From: Chloroflexota bacterium
GTDB taxonomy: Bacteria; Chloroflexota; Dehalococcoidia; SHYD01
Direction: 5' to 3'
DNA: 64,000 nt
Assembly: GCA_016190485.1 (NCBI GenBank)
Contig: JACPQN010000018.1
Span: 12,060-76,059 of the forward strand
A program made the translations under genes and the position numbers. This document shows positions 52,489-60,902 of the stretch, in pieces. The notes beneath the pieces were generated by a model that saw nothing but the letters and a program-made list of their open reading frames with translations, made no database searches and was not told where the DNA came from. The number at the start of each line of letters is the position of its first letter. Position 1 is the stretch's first letter.

Positions 52489-52838
52489 TGTGTGAGAGAG
52501 GAGTCGGTGGGATGCCGAACCTTGAGCGACTATACGGCATTGTGCAGGCCCAGAGGGCGGCCCTTCAGGGAAGGGACTTCCGGCGCTTCCAGGAGCTGCT
52601 CTGGGATCGGATCCAGGCCCAGGCCCACTTGGTAAGCGATCCGCCTGAGCAGACTCCGGCAGCGCGGGACTTGATCGAGGATATCCTGCTCATGGATCGC
52701 GCCATGGAGCTGCAGCTCCAGGACCTGCTCCAGGAGGCTGCCCAGGAGCTGAGCAGTCTGACCCGTCAGGAAGGCGCCCTGCGCGCGTACCTGCCAGCCG
52801 CGAGCACCGGTTCCTGCCTGATTGATCGCGCCTCCTAG
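52485..52838 (+). CDS. hypothetical helical protein (FliT/FlgN-like by position)
   Basis: ATGA overlap with the fliS stop. Helical …LYGIVQAQRAALQGRDFRRFQELLWDRIQ…; assignment is by position only. Confidence 0.5.
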   Translation: MMCERGVGGMPNLERLYGIVQAQRAALQGRDFRRFQELLWDRIQAQAHLVSDPPEQTPAARDLIEDILLMDRAMELQLQDLLQEAAQELSSLTRQEGALRAYLPAASTGSCLIDRAS

Positions 52839-52847
52839 CCGTTCGCC

Positions 52848-53594
52848 ATGGTCCAGGAGCCACGCAGTCTCCGCCAGGGGCAGTTGGCGGCCCAGCGGAC
52901 GCCGCCCTTCGACAAGCTCAGGACGCCGCCAGGCGAACAGAGCAGCCAAGACCGACGCCTGGGCCGGCGGCGGTTTCTCGTGACCCTGGCCGCCCTGGCG
53001 GGCATGGCTCTCCCTCTACTGGCCAAGACACGGGCAGAGGGGGGCTGGGACGTCGTCGCAGCGGAGCGGAGCGACGGGCAGGGCATGGAAACGCCTCAAA
53101 CGGACATCTCTAGCTCTCTTGCCCCCGCCCAGGCCACCATCCCTGTTCCCGCGGCAGCGGAGCGCGCTCCCAAGCTGCTGCCGCCGGTGCGCCTGGCCAT
53201 CCCCGCCATCCAGCTCGAGTCTCCTGTAGTGCCCCTGGGGGTTCGGTTCGACTATCGCGGCCAGCTGGAGTGGGAAACGGCTCCCTTCGTGGTAGGACAC
53301 TATGTGAACACGGCCAACCCCGGCGGGAGTGGCAACTGCGTCCTCAGCGGCCATATCAGCAGCCGCAGCGCGGGAGCGGTGTTCAAGCGTCTGCCGGAGG
53401 TGCAGCCGGGCGACGGCGTAGCGGTAGCTACCGTGGAGTCCCTGTTCCTCTACCAGGTCGTGAGTACGCAGGTGGTAGACCCCCGGGCCACCGAGGTCAT
53501 GGGGCCTGTGCGGGACGCGCAGCTAACCCTGCTGACCTGTGTGCCCGATGGGGTCTACAGCCACCGCCTGGTGGTCAGCGCCATCCTCCTCTAG
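52848..53594 (+). CDS. sortase family transpeptidase
   Basis: …NCVLSGHISS… (His), …QLTLLTCVP… (TLxTC Cys), …YSHRLVVSA (Arg). N-terminal RRLGRRRFLVTLAALAGMALPLLA anchor. Codons ~19-27 are a dispersed-repeat copy (PPFDKLRTP). Confidence 0.85.
   Translation: MVQEPRSLRQGQLAAQRTPPFDKLRTPPGEQSSQDRRLGRRRFLVTLAALAGMALPLLAKTRAEGGWDVVAAERSDGQGMETPQTDISSSLAPAQATIPVPAAAERAPKLLPPVRLAIPAIQLESPVVPLGVRFDYRGQLEWETAPFVVGHYVNTANPGGSGNCVLSGHISSRSAGAVFKRLPEVQPGDGVAVATVESLFLYQVVSTQVVDPRATEVMGPVRDAQLTLLTCVPDGVYSHRLVVSAILL
52902..52930. repeat. dispersed hairpin-repeat copy inside the sortase 5' region
   Basis: CCGCCCTTCGACAAGCTCAGGACGCCGCC. Confidence 0.6.
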
Positions 53595-53764
53595 GGGCTT
53601 CCTCCCCTTTCAGGCAGTGCCGATCGGCCCGTACCAGCGGTACTTTTTCCCCCTCTGGCCGCCCTTCCCCAGCCCTCCGTCTCTGGCCGTATTGCCCTGT
53701 AACGTGCCCCATCCTACGCCTACGATGGAGCTACCACTTCTCTCAGAGGCAAGGAGGGGAAGCC

Positions 53765-54202
53765 ATGAGCGTCTTCAACACCTTTTCCATCTGCGGCTCG
53801 GCGCTAACCGCGCAGCGGCTGCGCATGGACGTCATCTCCAGCAACATCGCCAATGCCGAGACCACCCACACGCCCGAGGGCGGTCCCTACCGGCGGCGAC
53901 AGGTGCACTTCGCTCCAGTGCCGTCCCAGGAGCTGGGCGCTCCACGCGTCCGGGAGCGCGCGGCCACCGCCGGCGTAGCCGTGGAACGCATCGTCACCGA
54001 CGAGCGCCCGCCCCGCCTGGTGCTGGATCCGGAGCACCCCGACGCCGACACCAACGGCTACGTGGCCTACCCCAACGTCGACATCGTCACGGAGATGGTG
54101 GACCTCCTCTCCGCCACCCGGGCCTACGAGGCCAACATCACCGTGGTCAACACCGCCAAGACCATGGCGCAGCGGGCCATGGAGATCGGCGGTCGCGGCT
54201 AG
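53765..54202 (+). CDS. flgC: flagellar proximal rod protein FlgC
   Basis: …GSALTAQRLRMDVISSNIANAETT…GGPYRRRQVHF…DPEHPDADTNGYVAYPNVDIVTEMVDLLSATRAYEANI… AAGGAGG SD. The tracked ORF from 53270 is a spurious extension. Confidence 0.92.
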   Translation: MSVFNTFSICGSALTAQRLRMDVISSNIANAETTHTPEGGPYRRRQVHFAPVPSQELGAPRVRERAATAGVAVERIVTDERPPRLVLDPEHPDADTNGYVAYPNVDIVTEMVDLLSATRAYEANITVVNTAKTMAQRAMEIGGRG

Positions 54203-54223
54203 CTAGCGGGAAGGGAGAGCAGC

Positions 54224-54529
54224 ATGGAAGTCGCAGCCTTTCGCGCCTACCAGACGACGCAGGCGGGCCAGACGCTGGACGCCGGCGTGGCTTCTCCGGC
54301 GCCGGACAGCGCCTCGTTTCAGGATGCGCTGGGGCGAGCGCTGGAGCAGTTAGCTGGCCTGCAAACCCGCGCCGATGCCAGCCTCATGCAGCTCGCGGCG
54401 GGCCAGCCCGTGGAGCTCCACCAGGTCATGCTAGCCATGGAAGAGGCCAGCATCGGCTTTCAGCTAGCCCTTCAGGTGCGCTCCAAGATCCTGGAGGCTT
54501 ACCAGGACGTGATGCGGACCCAGGTCTAG
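54224..54529 (+). CDS. fliE: flagellar hook-basal body protein FliE
   Basis: …SFQDALGRALEQL…LHQVMLAMEEASIGFQLALQVRSKILEAYQDVMRTQV. Confidence 0.88.
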   Translation: MEVAAFRAYQTTQAGQTLDAGVASPAPDSASFQDALGRALEQLAGLQTRADASLMQLAAGQPVELHQVMLAMEEASIGFQLALQVRSKILEAYQDVMRTQV

Positions 54530-54546
54530 GGCTCGGGTAACCCCCC

Positions 54547-56133
54547 ATGAAGCAACGGGCGCAGTACCTTGGCAACCAACTGCTCAGGGTGTGGACTGCC
54601 ATGCCCCTGGGGCAGCGTCTCACCGTCGCCCTGCTGACGGCGCTGACGGTCGGCGCCGGGCTGGCGCTGGAGGTGTGGGCCAGCACACCACAGTACGAGG
54701 CGGTCTTTGTGAACCTCCCGGAGGAAGAGGCGGCCAAAGTGGCTGGCTACCTACGAGAGAACAACATGCCCCACCAGCTCGCCGCGGGTGGGCGCATCAT
54801 CTCGGTGCCCTCGGAGCGCGCGGCGGAGGCGCGGCTGCAACTGGCCGGCGCGGGGCTCGGCGTCAAGGGGCAGGCGGGGTTCGAGCTGTTCAACCAGGCC
54901 AGCTTTGGCCTCACGGAGCAGATGCAGCGGGTCAACTACCAGCGGGCCGTGGAGGGCGAGCTGGTGCGCACTATCAAGCGCATGGATGCCGTGGAGGACG
55001 CCCGGGTCCACCTGGTGCTGCCTACCAGCAGCCTCTTTGCCGAGAAACGGAGCGAGGCGTCGGCCTCGGTGGTGCTGAGCCCCCGGCCGGGGCGTCACCT
55101 GGGTGAAGACCAGGTGCAGGCCGTGCTGAGCCTGGTGCTGGGCGGCGTGGAAGGGCTGAAACCCGAGAACGTCAGCATCGTGGACACCAGGGGCCGCATC
55201 CTCAACGACTACACCGGCAGGGGCGGCAACGCCTCGGGCGCAAGGGCCTCCTCCAGCCAGTACCAGCAGCAGCGTCGCTTCGAGGCGGACCTGTCCGCCG
55301 GCCTGACCTCAGCCCTGGAGCGCGTGGTCGGCCCCGGCAGCGTGGCGGTGCGGGTGGCAGCTACCTTCAACTGGGACCAGGTGGAGAGCCAGCGGGAGTA
55401 CTACGATCCCGCCTCTGGCGCCGGAGTGCTGCGCAGCCAGCGGCAGCAGTCCGAGGTCTCCTCCACCGGCGGCTCACCGGCCGCGGGGGGCGTGCCCGGC
55501 ACCACCTCCAACGTGCCCACCTATCAGGCCACAGCCGCCAGCGCTGGCACGGCCGCTGGCGGCTACGAGCGCAAAGACACCCTCACCAACTACGAGGTCG
55601 GCAAGACCGTGGAGCGGCTGGTCAAGGCGCCCGGCGTGCTCCAGAAGGTGGCGGTGGTGGTGATGGTAGACGAGCAGAAGCTCCCCACAGAGGTCACCAC
55701 GGAGTCCCTGGAGAAGCTGGTGGCTACCGCCGCCAACCTGGACCTGCGGCGGGGCGACACGGTGGTGGTGTCCCGGTTGCCTTTCAACACCCAGCAGACG
55801 CAGGCCCAGGTCAAGGAGATGGAGGAGGCGCAGCTGCGAGAGCTGCTTTTCAATGGAGCGCGCTACCTGGGCCTCGCCGTGGTGCCGCTGCTGCTGTTCT
55901 TTGCCCTCCGCAGCCTCCTGGGCCGCGCCGTGCCTGTCCCTGCGGGGATGGAGGCCCAGTCCGCCCTCCTACCCCCACGGCGCAGCCAGCCTTTGCCGCT
56001 CCCCGAGGAGCCCATCCAGATCGAAGACACCAGGGCGCGCATGGCGCGCGAGCAGCTCACCGGCCTGGCCCAGAGCGAACCAGAGATGGTGTCGGCCCTC
56101 ATCCACACCTGGCTGGGTGAGGAGGAGCGGTGA
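54547..56133 (+). CDS. fliF: flagellar MS-ring protein FliF
   Basis: …YEAVFVNLPEEEAAKVAGYLRENNMPHQL…ISVPSERAAEARLQLAGAGL…RVNYQRAVEGELVRTI…. Confidence 0.92.
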   Translation: MKQRAQYLGNQLLRVWTAMPLGQRLTVALLTALTVGAGLALEVWASTPQYEAVFVNLPEEEAAKVAGYLRENNMPHQLAAGGRIISVPSERAAEARLQLAGAGLGVKGQAGFELFNQASFGLTEQMQRVNYQRAVEGELVRTIKRMDAVEDARVHLVLPTSSLFAEKRSEASASVVLSPRPGRHLGEDQVQAVLSLVLGGVEGLKPENVSIVDTRGRILNDYTGRGGNASGARASSSQYQQQRRFEADLSAGLTSALERVVGPGSVAVRVAATFNWDQVESQREYYDPASGAGVLRSQRQQSEVSSTGGSPAAGGVPGTTSNVPTYQATAASAGTAAGGYERKDTLTNYEVGKTVERLVKAPGVLQKVAVVVMVDEQKLPTEVTTESLEKLVATAANLDLRRGDTVVVSRLPFNTQQTQAQVKEMEEAQLRELLFNGARYLGLAVVPLLLFFALRSLLGRAVPVPAGMEAQSALLPPRRSQPLPLPEEPIQIEDTRARMAREQLTGLAQSEPEMVSALIHTWLGEEER

Positions 56134-56176
56134 TCACCAACGGCGGCCTCTACGGCGCCGGCCCGGATAGGGCGCC

Positions 56177-57178
56177 ATGCAACAGCGGTTAAGCGGGCGG
56201 CAGAAGGCTGCCATTCTGCTCATCACCCTGGGTACGGACCTCTCCGGCAAGGTGCTGCGCAACCTCAAGGATACGGAGGTGGAACGCCTGACCCGGGAGG
56301 TGATGGCCATGGAGAAGGTCTCGGAGGAGATGAAGCACGACATCGTGAAAGAGGCGTACTCCATTGCGCTGTCGCGCAATTTTCTCACCTCGGGTGGCGC
56401 CCAGTATGCTCGGCAGATGCTGGTCAACGGCCTGGGAGAGCAGCAGGCCGAAGAGATCTGGGAGCGACTGGGTCCCCTGCGTCACAACCAGCGCTTTGGC
56501 TTCCTCAAAGAGGTGGACCCCAGCCAGCTCACCGCCTTCCTCCAGGGGGAGCAGCCCCAGACCATCGCCTTCCTGCTCTCCTACCTCAGCCCCAGCCTGG
56601 CCTCCAGCGTGCTCACCTCCTTTTCCTCCGAGCTGCAGACGGACGTGGCGCTGCGGATCGCGACCATGGACCGCACCTCCCCGGACACCATCGAGAAGAT
56701 GGAGGAGGTGCTGCGGGCCAAGCTGGCCACGGCCCTCTCCCAGGAGTTCAGCGCCGTGGGTGGCGCGGCCTTCCTGGTGAAGCTCCTGAACACCGTGGAC
56801 CGGGGGACGGAGCGCCGCATCCTGGAGTCCATCGACGCGGCAGACCCCGAGCTGGCTGCCGAGGTACGCAAGCTGATGTTCACCTTTGATGATCTGATGC
56901 TGCTGGACGACCGATCCATGCAGCGGCTCCTTCGGGACCTGGACTCCAAGGACCTGGTGCTGGCGCTGAAGGGCGCCAACGAGGAGCTGCGCACCCACGT
57001 CTTCAAGAACCAGTCCACCCGGGCCGCGGAGATGCTCAAGGAGGAGCTGGAGATCCTGGGGCCAGTGCGCCTGCGCAACATCGAGGAGGCGCAGCAGCGC
57101 ATCGCCAACACGGCCCGCAGGCTGGAGGAGGCAGAGGAGATCGTCATCGCCGGCCAGGGGGGAGACATCGTTGTCTAA
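56177..57178 (+). CDS. fliG: flagellar motor switch protein FliG
   Basis: …LSGRQKAAILLITLG…, …MFTFDDLMLLDDRSMQRLLRDLDSKDLVLALKGA…EEAQQRIANTARRLEEAEEI…. Confidence 0.93.
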   Translation: MQQRLSGRQKAAILLITLGTDLSGKVLRNLKDTEVERLTREVMAMEKVSEEMKHDIVKEAYSIALSRNFLTSGGAQYARQMLVNGLGEQQAEEIWERLGPLRHNQRFGFLKEVDPSQLTAFLQGEQPQTIAFLLSYLSPSLASSVLTSFSSELQTDVALRIATMDRTSPDTIEKMEEVLRAKLATALSQEFSAVGGAAFLVKLLNTVDRGTERRILESIDAADPELAAEVRKLMFTFDDLMLLDDRSMQRLLRDLDSKDLVLALKGANEELRTHVFKNQSTRAAEMLKEELEILGPVRLRNIEEAQQRIANTARRLEEAEEIVIAGQGGDIVV

Positions 57179-57875
57179 CGTTATCAGGTCGGCCCAGGTG
57201 CACGCTCAGGCCCTGGTTGTAGGCCCGGAGGGTCAGACGCGCCTGGCCAGCAACGCCCCAGGCCAGCCGGGGGGCTCCGAGGCGGGCGCCCAGGCCCTCC
57301 TGGAGCTGGAGCAGTATCGCCAGCGGGCGCAGGAAGAAGCCCAGGCGCTCCTGGAGCAGGCAGCCACCGCAGCCGAGGCGCAGCGGAGCCAGGCCCGGGA
57401 ACAGGGCCTCCAGGAGGGGCTGGAGCTGGCCCGGCGGCAGACCGCGGAGATGCTAGACCAGCTCCGGACCCTGGCCGGCCAGGCCAGGGTAGACACAGCA
57501 GAGATCCTGCGCAGCGTCGAGCGAGAGGTGGTAGAGCTGGTCCTGATCATCGCGCGCCGGATTGTCGAGGGAGAGCTACGGGTGCGTCCCGAGGCGGTGA
57601 CCGAGGCCGTCCGCCGTGCCCTGGCCTCCATGGAGCAGGGCGCGGTGGTGCGCATCCGCCTGCACCCTCAGGACCTGGAGCTGGTGGAGAGCCGGTGGCA
57701 CGAGGTCAGCGGCCGGGACCCATCCCTGGCCAGCGTGGAGCGCATAGCCGACGCCCTTGTCCAGCCGGGCGGTTGTATCATCGACGCGCTCTCCGGCTCG
57801 TTCGACGCCCAACCCCAGACCGTCCTGGAGTCGCTGGAGCGCTCCTTCCGTGAGCATCACCGGGGGGCGGCATGA
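57171..57875 (+). CDS. fliH: flagellar export ATPase regulator FliH
   Basis: Coiled-coil N-terminus, then …EVVELVLIIARRIVEGELRVRPEAVTEAVRRAL…GGCIIDALSGSFDAQ… TTG start overlapping the fliG end. Confidence 0.8.
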   Translation: MSNVIRSAQVHAQALVVGPEGQTRLASNAPGQPGGSEAGAQALLELEQYRQRAQEEAQALLEQAATAAEAQRSQAREQGLQEGLELARRQTAEMLDQLRTLAGQARVDTAEILRSVEREVVELVLIIARRIVEGELRVRPEAVTEAVRRALASMEQGAVVRIRLHPQDLELVESRWHEVSGRDPSLASVERIADALVQPGGCIIDALSGSFDAQPQTVLESLERSFREHHRGAA

Positions 57876-59224
57876 CCCGGCGCATCAGCCTCGCCGCCTA
57901 CCGTCGCCTGGCGGAGGAGACGCCGGTGGTGCGCCCGCGCGGTCGCGTGACCCAGGTGGTGGGGCTGACGGTGGAGGCAGAGGGTATCACTCCCCACATC
58001 GGCGAGATGTGTGACATCGCCCCCCGGCGCAGCGCCCGGTGGGTCCCGGCGGAAGTAGTGGGGTTCAAGGAGAGCCGGTGCGTGCTCATGCCCCTCACGG
58101 AGCCGCTGGGCATCACCCTGGGCGATCCGGTCTTCCCTACGGAGCGGCCCTTCACCGTGCCCGTGGGCCCAGGGCTGCTGGGGCGCATCCTGGACGGTTA
58201 CGGCCGCCCCATCGACGGCAAGGGCCCCCTGGAAAATCCCGATTCCCGGCCCCTGGAGAGCGCGGCGCCCAACCCGCTGAAACGCACCCGCATCCTCCAA
58301 CCCCTCTCCACCGGAGTGCGGGCCATCGATGGCCTCCTCACCTGCGGCCACGGGCAGCGTATCGGCATCTTCGCTGGCAGCGGCGTGGGTAAGTCCACGC
58401 TCCTTGGTATGATCACCCGCCAGGCCCGCAACGACGTGTATGTCGTCGCTCTCATCGGTGAGCGCGGACGGGAGGTTCAGGAGTTCATCCGCTCCGAGCT
58501 GGGCGATGCCGGGCTACACCGCTCTGTGGTGGTGGTGGCGACCTCGGACCGCCCGGCCCTGGAGCGGCGCAAGGGCGCGTGGGTGGCCTCGGCCATCGCC
58601 GAGTATTTTAGAGACCAGGGCCTCAACGTAGGCCTGGTGATGGACTCCCTCACCCGCTTTGCCATGGCCCAGCGGGAGATCGGCCTGGCGGCGGGCGAAC
58701 CACCAACTACCAAGGGGTACCCTCCCTCGGTTTTCTCCCTGCTGGCCAAGCTCCTGGAACGGGCGGGCACCGCGGAAACTGGCTCCATCTCCGGTTTTTA
58801 CACCGTCCTGGTGGAGGCCGACGACCTTACCGAGCCCATCACCGACACGGTGCGCAGCGTCCTGGATGGGCACATCTACCTCTCCCGAGAGCTGGCCCAC
58901 GAAGACCATTATCCGGCCGTAGATGTGCTGGGTAGCATCAGCCGGGTCATGGCCCAGGTGACCAGCGAGAGCCACCGCCGCCACGCGGGGCGCTTCAAGC
59001 GCCTCATGGCGGCCTATCGCAACGCCCGGGACCTCATCAACATCGGGGCCTACGTGCCGGGCAGCAACCCGGAGATCGACCACGCCCTGGAGTTGATGCC
59101 CCGCATGCGCCAGTTCCTGCAGCAGCGCCCGCAGGAGCACAGCACCCTGGAGGAGGCTATCCAGCAGCTCGCAGACCTCGTGGAGGACGGGCAGAGGGAT
59201 CGAGGAGATGGCTTTCCGGCTTGA
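57872..59224 (+). CDS. fliI: flagellum-specific ATPase FliI
   Basis: Walker A GSGVGKSTLLGMI, …VVALIGERGREV…, Walker B …LVMDSLTRFAMAQREI…. Confidence 0.95.
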   Translation: MTRRISLAAYRRLAEETPVVRPRGRVTQVVGLTVEAEGITPHIGEMCDIAPRRSARWVPAEVVGFKESRCVLMPLTEPLGITLGDPVFPTERPFTVPVGPGLLGRILDGYGRPIDGKGPLENPDSRPLESAAPNPLKRTRILQPLSTGVRAIDGLLTCGHGQRIGIFAGSGVGKSTLLGMITRQARNDVYVVALIGERGREVQEFIRSELGDAGLHRSVVVVATSDRPALERRKGAWVASAIAEYFRDQGLNVGLVMDSLTRFAMAQREIGLAAGEPPTTKGYPPSVFSLLAKLLERAGTAETGSISGFYTVLVEADDLTEPITDTVRSVLDGHIYLSRELAHEDHYPAVDVLGSISRVMAQVTSESHRRHAGRFKRLMAAYRNARDLINIGAYVPGSNPEIDHALELMPRMRQFLQQRPQEHSTLEEAIQQLADLVEDGQRDRGDGFPA

Positions 59225-59654
59225 AGCGCTGCTCCGGTACCGCCGCTGGCTGGTGGAGGTGCTCCAGTTGGAGGTCTCTGTGCTGCGCCTCTCCCTGGAT
59301 GCCGCGACCCGGCGCCTACAAGCGTTGCACGGCCGGCGGAGCGCGGCGCTGCTGGCGCTCCGCCGGCGCCAGGAGGAAGCGCCCCTGGACCCCCACGCCA
59401 CGCAGCGGCGCCTGCGCGAGCTGGAGCGCATCGGGCGCGCAATCCAGGAGCAGGAGGAAGCGATGGTGGCGCTGCACGGGCGACTGGAGCAGAAGCAGCA
59501 GGCCCTACTGGAGCGTAGCCAGTCCAAGTGGCTGCTGGAGCGGCTAGAACAGCAGGACCGGACGCGGCTGCGGCAGCGCCTGCGCCAGATCGAAACCAAA
59601 GCAATGGATGAGTCCGCCCAGGCAGGTTACCTGCGGCAGGAAGAAGGCGGGTGA
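59208..59654 (+). CDS. fliJ: flagellar export protein FliJ
   Basis: 148-aa coiled coil …[11 protein letters not shown]…[11 protein letters not shown]…[10 protein letters not shown]. Overlaps fliI by 17 nt. Confidence 0.75.
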   Translation: MAFRLEALLRYRRWLVEVLQLEVSVLRLSLDAATRRLQALHGRRSAALLALRRRQEEAPLDPHATQRRLRELERIGRAIQEQEEAMVALHGRLEQKQQALLERSQSKWLLERLEQQDRTRLRQRLRQIETKAMDESAQAGYLRQEEGG

Positions 59655-60418
59655 TGGAGCTCGAGGGTATGCAATGGCGGGATCTCACCCTGTTGGCTGC
59701 GGCCAGGGCCGGCCCGGCTTCCACGCGCCCCGGCGCGGCCCCGGACGCCCCGGCCTTTGCCCGGGTGCTGCAGCGGCGCCTGCTCATGCGGGCGCTGGGC
59801 GACGGCCCCCGGTCCGGGGGCACGGGGTTCGGGGCCGGCGGCGACCTGGGGCTGGTCTTCGCGTTGCTGCTGGCCCGCGGGTTCCGCGGAGGCTATGCCC
59901 AGAGCCCTGCCCAGGCCGGGGCGCCCGCGAGCACATCGCAGAGCCGCGCTCGCCAGGATCGCCCCCCCTCAGGGGCGGGAGCGACACCGCTGCCTGCGGC
60001 CGCAGAGGCCTATCGCGGGCTCATCGAAGAGGCAGCCCGCCGCTACGACGTGCCGGCCGCCCTCATCGCCGCCGTGGCGCATGCCGAGTCCGGCTTCAAC
60101 CCCAACGCGCTTTCTCCCGCCGGCGCCATGGGCCTGATGCAGCTCATGCCCGGCACCGCCGCCGGCCTGGATGTCCAGAACCCTTGGAGCCCCGCCGAGA
60201 ACATCGACGGGGGCGCCCGCTACCTACGCCGGGCGCTGGACCGCTACAACGGCGACCTCCGGCTGGTGCTCCAGGCCTACAACGCGGGCGCCGGAGCGGT
60301 CGAACGGTACCAGGGCGACGTGCCCTACGAGGAGACCCGCCGCTACCTCGCACGCACCCTGGCCCTGCTGCAGCGCTATCAGGCTATCCCACCCAGTCTC
60401 ACGGAGGTGCAGGCATGA
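59651..60418 (+). CDS. lytic transglycosylase (SLT domain), flagellar-cluster associated
   Basis: …[30 protein letters not shown]…[11 protein letters not shown]…[11 protein letters not shown]… 4-nt overlaps with both fliJ and flgB. Confidence 0.88.
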   Translation: MMELEGMQWRDLTLLAAARAGPASTRPGAAPDAPAFARVLQRRLLMRALGDGPRSGGTGFGAGGDLGLVFALLLARGFRGGYAQSPAQAGAPASTSQSRARQDRPPSGAGATPLPAAAEAYRGLIEEAARRYDVPAALIAAVAHAESGFNPNALSPAGAMGLMQLMPGTAAGLDVQNPWSPAENIDGGARYLRRALDRYNGDLRLVLQAYNAGAGAVERYQGDVPYEETRRYLARTLALLQRYQAIPPSLTEVQA

Positions 60419-60834
60419 GCAGGCCCCTTTCAGCCGACCAGGCGCTGCAGAGCGCGCTGAACGCCCTGGCGCTGCGGCAGCGGATCATCTCCAACAACGT
60501 GGCCAACGTGGATACGCCGTCCTTCAAGAAGTCGGATGTGCGCTTTGAGGAGTTCCTCAACGCGGAGCTGCGCCAGGACCAGAGCGGGCTACTCCTGGCC
60601 CTGGCCCGCTCTAACGCCCGTCACCTGGATCCCTTTTTCAGCTCGGGTGGCGCGCTGCGCAGTGAGGTGGTGACTGTGCCGGACGCCAAGCTCCGGTCTG
60701 ACGGTAACAGCGTGGACATCGATCTGGAGATGCTCCACCTGGCCGAGACGGCCACCACCTACAGCGCCCTCTCCCGCCTGGCGGGGATGCGCCTAGCCCT
60801 CCTGAAGAGCGCTGTGACCGAAGGACGTCGCTAG
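60415..60834 (+). CDS. flgB: flagellar proximal rod protein FlgB
   Basis: …[30 protein letters not shown]…[27 protein letters not shown]… The tracked ORF from 59608 is an out-of-frame extension. Confidence 0.9.
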   Translation: MSRPLSADQALQSALNALALRQRIISNNVANVDTPSFKKSDVRFEEFLNAELRQDQSGLLLALARSNARHLDPFFSSGGALRSEVVTVPDAKLRSDGNSVDIDLEMLHLAETATTYSALSRLAGMRLALLKSAVTEGRR

Positions 60835-60902
60835 CACGCTGGCGACAACTGGGACAACGGCAAGAGCATCGTGGTTCCGATGAGAGAGGAGGTGAGAAGA
60901 TA

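Noticed and set aside
53619-53648. GCCGATCGG box and a 5-bp hairpin + TTTTT downstream of the sortase gene, considered as promoter and terminator.
   Set aside because: The box has two mismatches to the recurrent 9-mer, and the hairpin (GTACC-agc-GGTAC) is too weak to call. Mentioned only within the promoter-motif finding.
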